Made by a program: the position numbers and the translations under genes. A stretch of DNA of 64,000 nt from Oceanotoga teriensis (lineage in GTDB: Bacteria; Thermotogota; Thermotogae; Petrotogales; Petrotogaceae): assembly GCF_003148465.1 (NCBI RefSeq), contig NZ_QGGI01000003.1:91940-155939 (forward strand). The letters run 5' to 3'. Position 1 is the first letter of the stretch. Each line of letters starts with the position of its first letter. The notes beneath the pieces were generated by a model. That model was not told where the DNA came from. It did not search any database and saw only the letters and a program-made list of their open reading frames with translations. This document shows positions 31,547 through 41,479 of the stretch, one piece after another.

Positions 31547-32455
31547 ATGCAACTTGAAAGCAGTGAATTAAAAAAATTAGTTGAACAAGTTTTAAATGAA
31601 ATGACTTCAGGTAACACAGAAAAAGTAAAAGAAGAAGTTATTAATAAAGTACAACAAACTAATAATATAACATCTGATTCTAATATAGAAGAAGGTTGTA
31701 TTGAAGATATAACAGAAACAGATTTAAAAACTCAGTTATTAGTTGAAAATCCAGCTGATAGAGAAGGATATTTAAAAATGAAACAAAATACTCCAGCAAG
31801 AATAGGAGTTGGAAGAGCAGGAGTTAGATATAAGACATTATCTTCTTTAAGATTTAGAGCAGATCATGCCGCAGCTCAAGATGCTGTTTTTTCTTATGTA
31901 TCTGATGAGTTTTTAAATGAAATGGGACTTTTCACAGTTCAAAGTAAGTGTAAAACAAAAGATGAATATATAACTAGACCTGATTTAGGAAGGAAAATAA
32001 ATGAAGAAGGTATTGATCTGATAAAAGAAAAATGTAAAATAAATCCAACAGTACAGATATTAATTGCAGATGGATTAAGTTCTTCAGCTATAGAAGCAAA
32101 TTTAAAAGATATACTTCCATCAATTGTACAGGGGCTAAAAGGTTTTAATATAGATATTGGAACTACATTTTTTGTAAAACTTGGTAGAGTTGGAGTTATG
32201 GATCATGTTTCAGAAATAACGAATGCAGAAGTTACTTGTTTATTAGTTGGAGAAAGGCCAGGGCTTGTTACTGCTGAAAGTATGAGTGCTTATATTGCAT
32301 ACAAAGCTAAAGTTAACATGCCAGAAGCAAGAAGAACAGTTATATCTAACATACATAAAGGTGGTACTTCTGCTGTAGAAGCAGGTGCTCATATTGCTGA
32401 GCTTATAAAAACTATGTTAGAGAAAAAAGCAAGTGGAATTGAATTAAAAGCTTAG
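31547..32455 (+). CDS. eutC: ethanolamine ammonia-lyase small subunit
   Basis: conserved EutC core plus an amphipathic N-terminal extension ([13 protein letters not shown]) typical of encapsulation peptides. Confidence 0.85.
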   Translation: MQLESSELKKLVEQVLNEMTSGNTEKVKEEVINKVQQTNNITSDSNIEEGCIEDITETDLKTQLLVENPADREGYLKMKQNTPARIGVGRAGVRYKTLSSLRFRADHAAAQDAVFSYVSDEFLNEMGLFTVQSKCKTKDEYITRPDLGRKINEEGIDLIKEKCKINPTVQILIADGLSSSAIEANLKDILPSIVQGLKGFNIDIGTTFFVKLGRVGVMDHVSEITNAEVTCLLVGERPGLVTAESMSAYIAYKAKVNMPEARRTVISNIHKGGTSAVEAGAHIAELIKTMLEKKASGIELKA

Positions 32456-32466
32456 GAGGTAAACTT

Positions 32467-33120
32467 ATGAAAAATGATGCTTTATATGCAAAAGTATTGA
32501 GTACAAAAATAATATCAAATGTAAGTCCTGATCTTGCAAATGAGTTAAAATTAAAATCTCATCATAAAAGTTTAGGTTTGATAAGTGCTGATATAGATGA
32601 TGTTACATACACTGCTTTAGATGAAGCAACAAAAGCAGCAGATGTTGAGGTTGTTTATGCTAAATCTATGTATGGTGGTTCTGCGAATGCAAATACTAAA
32701 CTTGCTGGTGAAGTTATAGGTATTATAGCAGGACCAAATCCAGCAGAAGTAAGAAGTGGATTGAATGCTGCGATAGATTTTATTGAAAGTGGAGCACATT
32801 TTATATCAGCAAATGAAGATGATTCAATTACATATTATGCTCATTGCGTATCGAGAAGTGGATCATTTTTATCAGAGACAGCTGGAATACAAGAAGGAGA
32901 ACCTATAGCTTATTTAATAGCACCACCTCTTGAAGCAATGTATGCATTAGATGCTGCATTAAAAGCGGCAGATGTTAAAATGGCTACATTATATGGACCT
33001 CCTTCAGAAACAAATTTTGGTGGAGCATTATTAACAGGAAGTCAATCGGCATGTAAGGCAGCATGTGATGCATTTGCACAAGCAGTTCAACAAGTAGCAG
33101 AAAATCCTACAAATTATTAA
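32467..33120 (+). CDS. eutL: BMC-T shell protein EutL (tandem permuted BMC domains)
   Basis: 217 aa; MKNDALYAKVLSTKIISNVSPDLA start matches EutL. Confidence 0.85.
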   Translation: MKNDALYAKVLSTKIISNVSPDLANELKLKSHHKSLGLISADIDDVTYTALDEATKAADVEVVYAKSMYGGSANANTKLAGEVIGIIAGPNPAEVRSGLNAAIDFIESGAHFISANEDDSITYYAHCVSRSGSFLSETAGIQEGEPIAYLIAPPLEAMYALDAALKAADVKMATLYGPPSETNFGGALLTGSQSACKAACDAFAQAVQQVAENPTNY

Positions 33121-33132
33121 GGCTAAATAATA

Positions 33133-33642
33133 ATGAATGCTTTGGGTTTAATAGAAGTATATGGATATTTGGGTGCTATTGAAGCTGCCGATTCAGCACT
33201 TAAAGCTGCAAATGTTAAATTGATTGACTGTGAGAAGGTAAGAGGTGGTTTAGTATGTGTGAAATTAACAGGTGATGTAGGAGCTATAAAAGCTGCTGTA
33301 GATGTTGCAGAAGAAAAAACTAAAAATTTGAATGTATATGTATCAAGCCATGTTATCGCTAAACCAGATGATTCATTAAAAAAAATATTAGAAATAAATA
33401 AAAAAATAAATACTGAATCAAAAAAAGAAATAATAAAAGAAGAAAAAAGTGAAGTTTCAAAAATAGAAACAGATAATAAAATTATATTTACAAAAGAAGA
33501 ACTTGAATCAAAAACTGTGGAAGAACTTAGAAGAATGGTAAGAAATATAAAAAGTTCAATGTCAAATAAACAAATAAAGTATGCAAGAAAAGACAAATTA
33601 ATAGAAGAATTATCCCGTTATTATAAAAGGGGGAATAAATGA
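33133..33642 (+). CDS. BMC-H shell protein with a roughly 75-aa lysine-rich C-terminal extension (EutK-like position)
   Basis: N-terminal BMC domain (LGLIEVYGYLGAIEAADSALKAANV) followed by a K/E-rich tail. Confidence 0.7.
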   Translation: MNALGLIEVYGYLGAIEAADSALKAANVKLIDCEKVRGGLVCVKLTGDVGAIKAAVDVAEEKTKNLNVYVSSHVIAKPDDSLKKILEINKKINTESKKEIIKEEKSEVSKIETDNKIIFTKEELESKTVEELRRMVRNIKSSMSNKQIKYARKDKLIEELSRYYKRGNK

Positions 33643-35108
33643 TGTTGCAGGATAAAGACTTATTATCAATACAAGAAGTAAGAGATTTAGTAAAAAAAGC
33701 AAAAGAAGCTCAAAAAATTCTTGCTAATATGAATCAAGAACAGATAAATAAAATAGTAAAAGCAATTTCAGAAGCTGGTTATACAAATAGAGAAAAATTG
33801 GCTAAAATGGCTCATGAAGAAACTGGATTTGGAAAATATCAGGATAAAATAGTAAAAAATACATTTGCCAGTAAAGTGGTTTATGAAAATATAAAAGATT
33901 TAAAAACTGTAGGTATTTTAAATGAAGATAAAGAAAATAAAATATTAGAAATTGCTGTACCAGTAGGAGTTGTAGCTGGATTAATTCCATCAACAAATCC
34001 AACTTCAACTGCAATTTATAAAGCAATGATAGCTTTAAAAGCAGGAAATTCAATAGTTTTTTCACCACATCCAAATGCTAAAAAATGTATATTAGAAACT
34101 GTAAAAGTTATAAAAGAAGCTGCTTTAAAAGCAGGAATGCCTGAAGATGCTATTTCTTGTATAAGTATTCCAAGTATGCAAGGAACTACAGAATTGATGA
34201 AACATGATGATGTTTCTCTTATACTTGCAACAGGTGGTTCGGCTATGGTAAAAGCTGCCTATAGTTCGGGTACTCCTGCAATAGGTGTTGGACCGGGAAA
34301 TGGACCAGCTTTTATTGAAAAATCTGCAAATATAAAATTAGCTGTAAAAAGAATAATAGATAGTAAAACATTTGATAATGGTACTATTTGTGCTTCTGAA
34401 CAATCCATTGTTGTAGAAAAAGAAACTGAAGAAAAAGTTGTAAAAGAATTAAAAGCTCAAGGTGCATATTTTATGACAAAAGAAGAAGCAGACAAATTGT
34501 CTAAATTTATCTTGAGATCAAATGGAACTATGAATCCTCAAATAGTTGGTAAAAGTCCACAAGTTATAGCTGATCTTGCTGGAATAAAGATTCCTGAAAA
34601 TACAAAGGTATTGATAGCCTACGAAGAAAATGTTGGTCCTAAATATCCATATTCAAGAGAAAAATTAGCTCCAATACTTGCTTTCTATGTTGAAAAAGAT
34701 TGGAAATCGGCATGTGACAGATGTATTCAAGTTTTATACAATGAAGGTGCTGGCCATACAATGATAATTCATAGTGAAAATGAAAAAATAATAAAAGAAT
34801 TTGCATTGAAAAAACCAGTATCAAGAATTTTAATAAATACTCCAGGTTCATTGGGTGGAATAGGAGGAACAACAAATTTAGTTCCTGCATTAACACTTGG
34901 ATGTGGTGCTGTTGGAGGAAGTGCTACATCAGATAATATAGGACCTATGAACTTAATAAATATAAGAAGAGCAGTATATGGAATACGTGAACTTGAAGAT
35001 TTAAAAGAAAATAAAGATTCAAATGAAAACAATAATACAATTTCTGAAGATTATGTAAATTTAATAGTTGAAAAAATAGTACAAAAATTAAAAGAAAAAA
35101 TAAATTAA
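33639..35108 (+). CDS. eutE: CoA-acylating acetaldehyde dehydrogenase
   Basis: ALDH fold with catalytic Cys (GTICASEQS); N-terminal amphipathic helix typical of an encapsulation peptide. Confidence 0.85.
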   Translation: MMLQDKDLLSIQEVRDLVKKAKEAQKILANMNQEQINKIVKAISEAGYTNREKLAKMAHEETGFGKYQDKIVKNTFASKVVYENIKDLKTVGILNEDKENKILEIAVPVGVVAGLIPSTNPTSTAIYKAMIALKAGNSIVFSPHPNAKKCILETVKVIKEAALKAGMPEDAISCISIPSMQGTTELMKHDDVSLILATGGSAMVKAAYSSGTPAIGVGPGNGPAFIEKSANIKLAVKRIIDSKTFDNGTICASEQSIVVEKETEEKVVKELKAQGAYFMTKEEADKLSKFILRSNGTMNPQIVGKSPQVIADLAGIKIPENTKVLIAYEENVGPKYPYSREKLAPILAFYVEKDWKSACDRCIQVLYNEGAGHTMIIHSENEKIIKEFALKKPVSRILINTPGSLGGIGGTTNLVPALTLGCGAVGGSATSDNIGPMNLINIRRAVYGIRELEDLKENKDSNENNNTISEDYVNLIVEKIVQKLKEKIN

Positions 35109-35140
35109 ATTAATTATTCATCTCAAAGGAGGTTTTACAA

Positions 35141-35425
35141 ATGCCAAGTTCAAATGCATTAGGTATGGTAGAAACAAGAGGATTGGTAGGTTCAATAGAG
35201 GCAGCAGATGCAATGGTAAAAGCTGCTAATGTAACATTAGTAGGTAAAGAACATGTTGGTGGTGGATTAGTAACTGTAATGGTAAGAGGTGATGTAGGAG
35301 CCGTTAAAGCAGCAACTGATGCAGGAGCAGCAGCAGCAGAAAGAGTTGGGGAATTAGTATCTGTACATGTAATTCCAAGGCCACATTCTGAAGTAGACGC
35401 AATATTACCTAAAGTACAAGGTTAA
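35141..35425 (+). CDS. eutM: BMC-H shell protein EutM/PduA type
   Basis: 94 aa canonical BMC domain ([26 protein letters not shown]). Confidence 0.85.
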   Translation: MPSSNALGMVETRGLVGSIEAADAMVKAANVTLVGKEHVGGGLVTVMVRGDVGAVKAATDAGAAAAERVGELVSVHVIPRPHSEVDAILPKVQG

Positions 35426-35485
35426 TAATTATAAGGCTGTCTCAAACAAAAAATTGAGACAGCCATTTTATAAGGATGTGAAATA

Positions 35486-36223
35486 ATGAGTTTATTAACC
35501 GAAAATGAAGTGAAAAAAATTATAAAAGAAAACAAAGATAAAATAATAATAGATGATAAAACTATAATAACTCCTTCAGCTAAAGAGTTAATAGATGGTA
35601 AGAAAATAAAACTCATTAGAGAAAAGGAATTGAATAAAGTATTTAAAGATGAAAAAGAAAATAAAAAAAATACACCAAAGTTTAAATATATATATGGTGG
35701 TTATTATGATGAAAAACCTGAACATCTTACTCAATTATTTGGTAATAATCTTGTCCCAAAAAATCATAAAAGAATAATTTTTAGAGGTAAAATAGATAGT
35801 TTAGAATCTAAAATATTAGAAGTTCAAGTATATTGTAAAAATAATAAAAAAGAAAAACTATTAAAAGATTTAGAAGATGTTCTTATTTTTGTAAGAAAAA
35901 TTTTAAGAGCAGAAGTATTAGATGAAGAATTAAAAGATTTTAACCTTATAGGTTTAAATGAAGAAGAAATACATGAAATGTCACATTATCCTAAAAAATA
36001 TTTTGGTATAGGGCATATTTTTCCTGAATATACCATGGGAGATTATGTAATATATTTAAACTCTATTAGAAGTCTTGTAAGAGAAACTGAAATAAGTGCG
36101 TACAATGCTTTTTCTAATTCAGAAAATGAAATAAGTAGACTTGATATAATAAAATATTTAAATAGATTAAGTAGTTGCTTATATGTAATGATGTTTAAAT
36201 ATTTATCTGGAAAATATAATTAA
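35486..36223 (+). CDS. ATP:cob(I)alamin adenosyltransferase (PduO-type; EutT-equivalent) with an N-terminal 45-aa module
   Basis: LFGNNLVPKNHKRIIFRGKIDSLESKILE resembles the PduO/MMAB N-terminal motif; position as in Firmicutes eut loci. Confidence 0.5.
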   Translation: MSLLTENEVKKIIKENKDKIIIDDKTIITPSAKELIDGKKIKLIREKELNKVFKDEKENKKNTPKFKYIYGGYYDEKPEHLTQLFGNNLVPKNHKRIIFRGKIDSLESKILEVQVYCKNNKKEKLLKDLEDVLIFVRKILRAEVLDEELKDFNLIGLNEEEIHEMSHYPKKYFGIGHIFPEYTMGDYVIYLNSIRSLVRETEISAYNAFSNSENEISRLDIIKYLNRLSSCLYVMMFKYLSGKYN

Positions 36224-36243
36224 ATTTAAGAGGTGTACTTTAA

Positions 36244-36855
36244 ATGGAAAAAATTATAGAAAAAATAACTGATAAGGTTATAAATGAATTATTTATAAAA
36301 GTAGAAGCTTCTGGAAGACATGTACATCTATCTCAGGAACATTTAGAGTTATTATTTGGAAAAAATTATAAATTAACAAAAACTAAAGATCTTTCACAGC
36401 CTGGTCAATATGCTTGTGAAGAAAGAGTGACCTTAATAGGTCCAAAAGGAAAAATAGAAAATGTTGTTATTTTAGGACCTGTTAGAAAAAATACTCAAGT
36501 AGAAGTTTCTAAAACAGATCTTAGACCATTGGGATTAAATGCTCCAATTAGAGAATCTGGAGATATAAAAGGTTCTGGTTCAATAAAGATAAAAACAGAA
36601 AAAACTGAATTAGAAATAAAAGAAGGACTAATAATAGCTAAAAGACATATTCATATGACTCCAGAAGATGCTAAAAAACATGGAGTTAAAGATAAAGAAA
36701 TAGTAAATGTAAAAATTTTTTCAAATAGACCTTTAATATTTGAGGATGTAGTTATAAGAGTTAGTGATAATTATAAAACTTTTATGCATATAGATTATGA
36801 TGAAGCAAATGCATGTGGATTCAAGAAAGACACTTTAGCAATTATAAAAAAGTAG
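36244..36855 (+). CDS. pduL: phosphate acyltransferase PduL type (EutD functional equivalent)
   Basis: two PduL repeats with GRHVHLS and RHIHM motifs; N-terminal amphipathic helix. Confidence 0.8.
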   Translation: MEKIIEKITDKVINELFIKVEASGRHVHLSQEHLELLFGKNYKLTKTKDLSQPGQYACEERVTLIGPKGKIENVVILGPVRKNTQVEVSKTDLRPLGLNAPIRESGDIKGSGSIKIKTEKTELEIKEGLIIAKRHIHMTPEDAKKHGVKDKEIVNVKIFSNRPLIFEDVVIRVSDNYKTFMHIDYDEANACGFKKDTLAIIKK

Positions 36856-36862
36856 CTATAAG

Positions 36863-37522
36863 GTGGGGAAAAACTTGAATACTAAAGAATTAGTTGAATT
36901 AATAACTGTTGAGGTAATTAAAAGATTAAAATTAAAAAATAAAAAGAAATTATTGGTTTTAAATGAAGGATTTAAAAGTTTAGATGATTTATTAACAGAT
37001 TATGAAATAATTCATTATTCTGAAGATCTTGAATTAAAAGATTTTGATGAAATTTATTTAGGAAAAATGGATTTAAAGATGATTTCACATTTGGCCAATG
37101 GAATAATAATAAATGAAATAGAAGATTTAATTTTAAAATCTCTTCTGAAGGATAAAAAAATATTTTTATTTTCTGAAGATATAGAATTAAAAAAATTCAA
37201 TAATACTAAAAACACAAATTTATATAAAATTTTTAATCAAAATATTGAAAATATAAAAAATATCGGAATAATAATATTAGATGAAAAAATAGATATAAAA
37301 GAAAATATAAACATTAATACAAAATATAAAAATGAAGTTAAAGAAGAAGATTCAATAATTTTAAAAAATAAATTAATAACAGAAAATGAGTTAAAAAAAT
37401 TAGGATTAAAAAATGGATCGAAAATAAATATTGGAAATAAATCCATAATAACTCCTCTTGCAAAAGATTATATAAGAATACATAAAATAAGACTGACTAA
37501 AAGTCAGGAGGAAAAAATATGA
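36863..37522 (+). CDS. hypothetical eut-locus protein
   Basis: K/N/I-rich; its C-terminal 45 aa are homologous to the N-terminus of the adjacent adenosyltransferase. Confidence 0.4.
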   Translation: MGKNLNTKELVELITVEVIKRLKLKNKKKLLVLNEGFKSLDDLLTDYEIIHYSEDLELKDFDEIYLGKMDLKMISHLANGIIINEIEDLILKSLLKDKKIFLFSEDIELKKFNNTKNTNLYKIFNQNIENIKNIGIIILDEKIDIKENININTKYKNEVKEEDSIILKNKLITENELKKLGLKNGSKINIGNKSIITPLAKDYIRIHKIRLTKSQEEKI

Positions 37523-37791
37523 TTATTGCAAAGGTAATCGGAAATATATGGGCTACGAGAAAAGATGAAAAATTAAATGGATTTAAATTTTTAGTTGTTA
37601 AACAATGTAACACTCAAACAGATAATCAATTTGTTGCAGCAGATATGATTGGTGCTGGAATAGGGGATACTGTACTAATAACAAAAGGAAGTTCGGCAAG
37701 GAATTCTCTTGAAAATACAAATATACCAATTGATGCAGTAATTGTTGGGATAATAGATAGCCTTGAAGTGGATGAAGGATTATTAAAATAA
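37519..37791 (+). CDS. eutN: BMC vertex protein EutN/PduN/CcmL family
   Basis: MIIAKVIGNIWATRKDEKL; 90 aa. Confidence 0.8.
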   Translation: MIIAKVIGNIWATRKDEKLNGFKFLVVKQCNTQTDNQFVAADMIGAGIGDTVLITKGSSARNSLENTNIPIDAVIVGIIDSLEVDEGLLK

Positions 37792-37804
37792 AGGTGATTA
37801 TATT

Positions 37805-38329
37805 ATGTTTAAATCAATTGGAATAATAGAAACGAGATCAATAGCTTTTGGTTATGAAATAGCGGACAAATTATTAAAAGATTATGATGTTGAACTATTA
37901 CAATGTAAAACAAAATGTCCAGGGAAATTTATTATAATAATATGTTCAGATACTCAAAATGTAAACGATGCAATTATTAGTATAAAAAGACATAAAAATT
38001 TAATAGGGAATTTGTTGATTTCAGATGCTCATCAAAAATTAATAGATGGCTTAAAAAATAAATTTGATACATATAAAAATGGTGCAATAGGTATAGTAGA
38101 ATCTTTAGATATAGTTACAGGTATTAATAGTCTTAATAAAATTTTAAAAAATAATAATGTAAATTTACTAAAATTAAATCCATCGATTATGATAGGTGGA
38201 AAATGCTATTTCATAATAAATGGAGATCTTAGTTCTGTAGAACAGGCAATATTTGGGGGCATAGATAAAAAAAGATTACAAACAAGTGTAATAGCAAATC
38301 CTGATACAGAATTAATAAGTAAATTATAA
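37805..38329 (+). CDS. PduT-like BMC-T shell protein (candidate Fe-S cluster site)
   Basis: two tandem BMC domains; CPGKF and GIGGKCY motifs aligning with the PduT 4Fe-4S cysteine. Confidence 0.7.
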   Translation: MFKSIGIIETRSIAFGYEIADKLLKDYDVELLQCKTKCPGKFIIIICSDTQNVNDAIISIKRHKNLIGNLLISDAHQKLIDGLKNKFDTYKNGAIGIVESLDIVTGINSLNKILKNNNVNLLKLNPSIMIGGKCYFIINGDLSSVEQAIFGGIDKKRLQTSVIANPDTELISKL

Positions 38330-38346
38330 AATGGGGAGGAAAACAA

Positions 38347-39438
38347 ATGGAAATAATAAATACTATTATAATAGATATAATGGTTGTATTTATGGCTTTA
38401 GGAGCTATTGATAAATGTTTGGGAAACAAATTTGGTTTGGGTGAAAAGTTTGAAGAAGGTTTCATGGCTATGGGAGCTTTGACAGTTGCTATGGTTGGAG
38501 TTATTTCATTGGCACCGGTATTAAAAAATATATTAGAACCAGTTATAGTACCAGTTTATAAATTTTTAGGAGCAGATCCTTCAATGTTTGCAACAACATT
38601 GCTTGCTTGTGATATGGGTGGGTATCCATTAGCTATGGAACTTGCTTTAACAGAAGAAGCAGGAAAGTTTGCTGGAATAATTCTTGGATCTATGATGGGA
38701 CCAACTATTGTTTTTACAATACCTGTTGCATTGGGAATAATAAAAAAAGAAGATCATAAATATCTTGCTACTGGAGTTTTAGCAGGTATAATAACTATAC
38801 CAATTGGAACTTTAGTTGGTGGACTCGTTGCTGGATACAGTATAATAATGATTTTAAGAAATTTAGTACCTATAATAATATTTGCTGTTTTAATAGCAAT
38901 TGGATTAAAATTAATCCCTGAAAAAATGATAAAAGGTTTCAATGTTTTTGGAAAAATAGTAGTTATAATAATAACTCTTGGTCTTGCTGCTATAATTATA
39001 GAAACATTAACAGGTCTTGTTATAATACCTGGAATGAAACCAATATCTGAAGGTATAAAAGTAGTGGGAGATATAGCAATAGTACTTGCTGGAGCATTTC
39101 CTATGGTATATGTTATAACTAAAGTATTTAAAAAACCTTTAATGAAATTAGGAAAAACTTTGGGAATGAATGAAATAGCTGCTGCTGGTATGGTTGCAAC
39201 GCTTGCTAATAACATTCCTATGTTCGGTATGATGAAAGATATGAATGCAAGAGGAAAAGTAATAAATGTAGCTTTTGCGGTTAGTGCATCTTTTGTGTTT
39301 GGAGACCATTTAGGTTTTACAGCCGGTGTAGAGAAGGGTATGATATTTCCTATGATTGTTGGAAAACTTGTTGGTGGAATTACTGCAGTTGTTTTAGCTT
39401 GTTTTATAGCTTCAAGAAGTTCTCTTGTAAAAGAATAA
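38347..39438 (+). CDS. eutH: ethanolamine permease EutH
   Basis: 363 aa polytopic membrane protein in the conserved eut position. Confidence 0.8.
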   Translation: MEIINTIIIDIMVVFMALGAIDKCLGNKFGLGEKFEEGFMAMGALTVAMVGVISLAPVLKNILEPVIVPVYKFLGADPSMFATTLLACDMGGYPLAMELALTEEAGKFAGIILGSMMGPTIVFTIPVALGIIKKEDHKYLATGVLAGIITIPIGTLVGGLVAGYSIIMILRNLVPIIIFAVLIAIGLKLIPEKMIKGFNVFGKIVVIIITLGLAAIIIETLTGLVIIPGMKPISEGIKVVGDIAIVLAGAFPMVYVITKVFKKPLMKLGKTLGMNEIAAAGMVATLANNIPMFGMMKDMNARGKVINVAFAVSASFVFGDHLGFTAGVEKGMIFPMIVGKLVGGITAVVLACFIASRSSLVKE

Positions 39439-39450
39439 GGAGTTGTTAAA

Positions 39451-39900
39451 ATGGAAATAAATAAAGAAATTATAGAAAATATAGTTAGAGAAATTTTAAC
39501 AGAAGGATTAAAAAATAATTCAGAAATAAAGAAAAATATAGAACCTTTGTCAGGAATTCTTTCTGTTGATATGAATACAGTTAAACCAGAAAAATTTGAT
39601 ACTGGAAAAGAAGGAGATCAAGTTTATTTAAAAGACATATTAACATTAGAAGAAAGTCCAAGACTTGGAGCAGGTTTAATGGAAATGAAAGAGACAACAT
39701 TCGATTGGACTTTAGAATATGATGAGGTTGATTATATAATAGAAGGTACACTTGAAATCAATATAAACGGCAAAAAAGTTAAGGCCAGTGCCGGAAATGT
39801 AATATTTATACCTAAAGGATCATCAATACAATTTTGTGTGCCAGATTACGCCAAATTTCTATATGTTACCTATCCAGCAGATTGGGCATCTCAAAAGTAA
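39451..39900 (+). CDS. eutQ: EutQ (cupin-fold ethanolamine utilisation protein)
   Basis: 149 aa; cupin C-terminus; last gene of the island. Confidence 0.7.
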   Translation: MEINKEIIENIVREILTEGLKNNSEIKKNIEPLSGILSVDMNTVKPEKFDTGKEGDQVYLKDILTLEESPRLGAGLMEMKETTFDWTLEYDEVDYIIEGTLEININGKKVKASAGNVIFIPKGSSIQFCVPDYAKFLYVTYPADWASQK

Positions 39901-39918
39901 TATTAATTGACCTAAAAA

Positions 39919-39949
39919 AATAGGAGACATTTTATAAATGTCTCCTATT
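39919..39949. terminator. bidirectional terminator hairpin bounding the eut island
   Basis: AAUAGGAGACAUUUUAUAAAUGUCUCCUAUU flanked by an A-run 5' and, on the other strand, a U-run. Confidence 0.65.
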
Positions 39950-39957
39950 CGAACATA

Positions 39958-41457
39958 TTAATTTTTTACAATAATTCTTTTTTCAATATTAGAATTTTCT
40001 ATAGTTCCTAAATGCATTATATATTCTTTTAAAACATCTGCAGCTACAAAACCTGTATCATAACCATTTAAACCCTTTAACATTTTATAGCCATCTCCAC
40101 CAGATGCTAAATAATTATTTGTTGCTACATTATATACTTTGTTGATATCGAGAGGTTCTCCATTTATCATTATATTATTAGCTTTTCCATCTACTATTTC
40201 AAAGGTTACACCTGAAACATGTAATTTTGCACCTTGACCATCTGGTATTGTTGCTGCAAAATCTAATACTTCTTTTACTGTATTTCCATTTAATTTCATA
40301 ACATAAACTGTATTTCCAAAAGGAAGAACTGTTAATATATCCCTATAAGAAATATCACCTTTATCAATGGAAGCTCTTATACCTCCACCATTCATAAAAC
40401 CAAAATCTGAATCTGTTTTCCATACCATAGAATCAACAATTAAATGACCTAAATTGGTTTCTCCACTTCTAACATGATTTCTTTCACCATCAAGATATAC
40501 ATTAGTTACTCCAACTTTTTCATTCAATTTTTCAGCACCCATATTATAATACATATCTGCTATCATCTTTATAAAAGGATCTTCTTTTATCTGTGAATTT
40601 ACAGGTATCTGCTGAGCTTTCCAATCGATTACTCTTCCATCTTCTATCCACATATCAACTCTTCCAACATATTTTCCCCATTCTCCTGACTGAGTTAATA
40701 TGGTATTGTTTATCATTTCAGGATTTTCCAATAAAGTATGAGAATGACCATCAACTATCAAAGCTATATCATTTCTATTCAATGCAATTTCATTTGATGT
40801 TGTATAGCCAACTGGAAGATTAGGTTTATTACCACTATAATAACCTAAATGGCTCAAAACTATTTGAATATCTGATTTTTCTTTAAGAACAGGCATATAA
40901 TCATTTAAAGCTTCATAAGCACTTGAAAACATATTATTTTCAAGATAAAGAGATTCTAATACAGTTGTTTGTTCTGTTGTTAAGCCGATAATACCAACTT
41001 TTAAATCTCCAAAATCTTTAACTATATAAGGATCAAAAATAGGATATAAATTTTTATCTACAAAATTAGCACTTAAAAAAGGAAATCCTGCATATCTCTG
41101 TTGCATTTTTAAAGTGTTAAGAGGAATGTCAAATTCATGATTACCAAGAACCATTGCATCTGCACCCATATAATGTAAAGCTACAAAATCTGGTATAGCA
41201 TCTAATTGATCTGATTCTGGTACACCTGTGTTAACATCACCAGCATGTAAAAATAAAACATGGCCACCCTTTTTCTCCACTTCAGCTTTTACATCATTAA
41301 CAATAGTTGCAATTCTTGCAAATCCTCCGATATCTTTATCAAAAGACCATACATGTCCATGTGTATCATTTACATGGAGAACAGTCAACTGAACAGGTTC
41401 AGCAAATAAAGATAATGCGATTAATAAAATGATAAATAGTCCTACTACTTTCTTCAC
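39958..41457 (-). CDS. bifunctional metallophosphatase / 5'-nucleotidase (UshA-like), secreted
   Basis: signal peptide; [10 protein letters not shown] and GNHEFD metallophosphoesterase motifs; 5'-nucleotidase C-terminal domain. Confidence 0.8.
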   Translation of the reverse strand: MKKVVGLFIILLIALSLFAEPVQLTVLHVNDTHGHVWSFDKDIGGFARIATIVNDVKAEVEKKGGHVLFLHAGDVNTGVPESDQLDAIPDFVALHYMGADAMVLGNHEFDIPLNTLKMQQRYAGFPFLSANFVDKNLYPIFDPYIVKDFGDLKVGIIGLTTEQTTVLESLYLENNMFSSAYEALNDYMPVLKEKSDIQIVLSHLGYYSGNKPNLPVGYTTSNEIALNRNDIALIVDGHSHTLLENPEMINNTILTQSGEWGKYVGRVDMWIEDGRVIDWKAQQIPVNSQIKEDPFIKMIADMYYNMGAEKLNEKVGVTNVYLDGERNHVRSGETNLGHLIVDSMVWKTDSDFGFMNGGGIRASIDKGDISYRDILTVLPFGNTVYVMKLNGNTVKEVLDFAATIPDGQGAKLHVSGVTFEIVDGKANNIMINGEPLDINKVYNVATNNYLASGGDGYKMLKGLNGYDTGFVAADVLKEYIMHLGTIENSNIEKRIIVKN

Positions 41458-41479
41458 CTATATCCCCTCCCGGTTAGAT

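Noticed and set aside
33123-33596. 157-aa minus-strand ORF antisense to the BMC-H gene, and similar antisense ORFs at 1180-1401, 1627-1861, 14188-14523, 24213-24572, 38754-39215, 49001-49497 and 57476-57794
   Set aside because: Each lies completely inside a well-supported gene on the other strand. They are low-complexity, Leu/Ile/Phe/Ser-rich translations typical of antisense frames in AT-rich DNA, with no RBS support.
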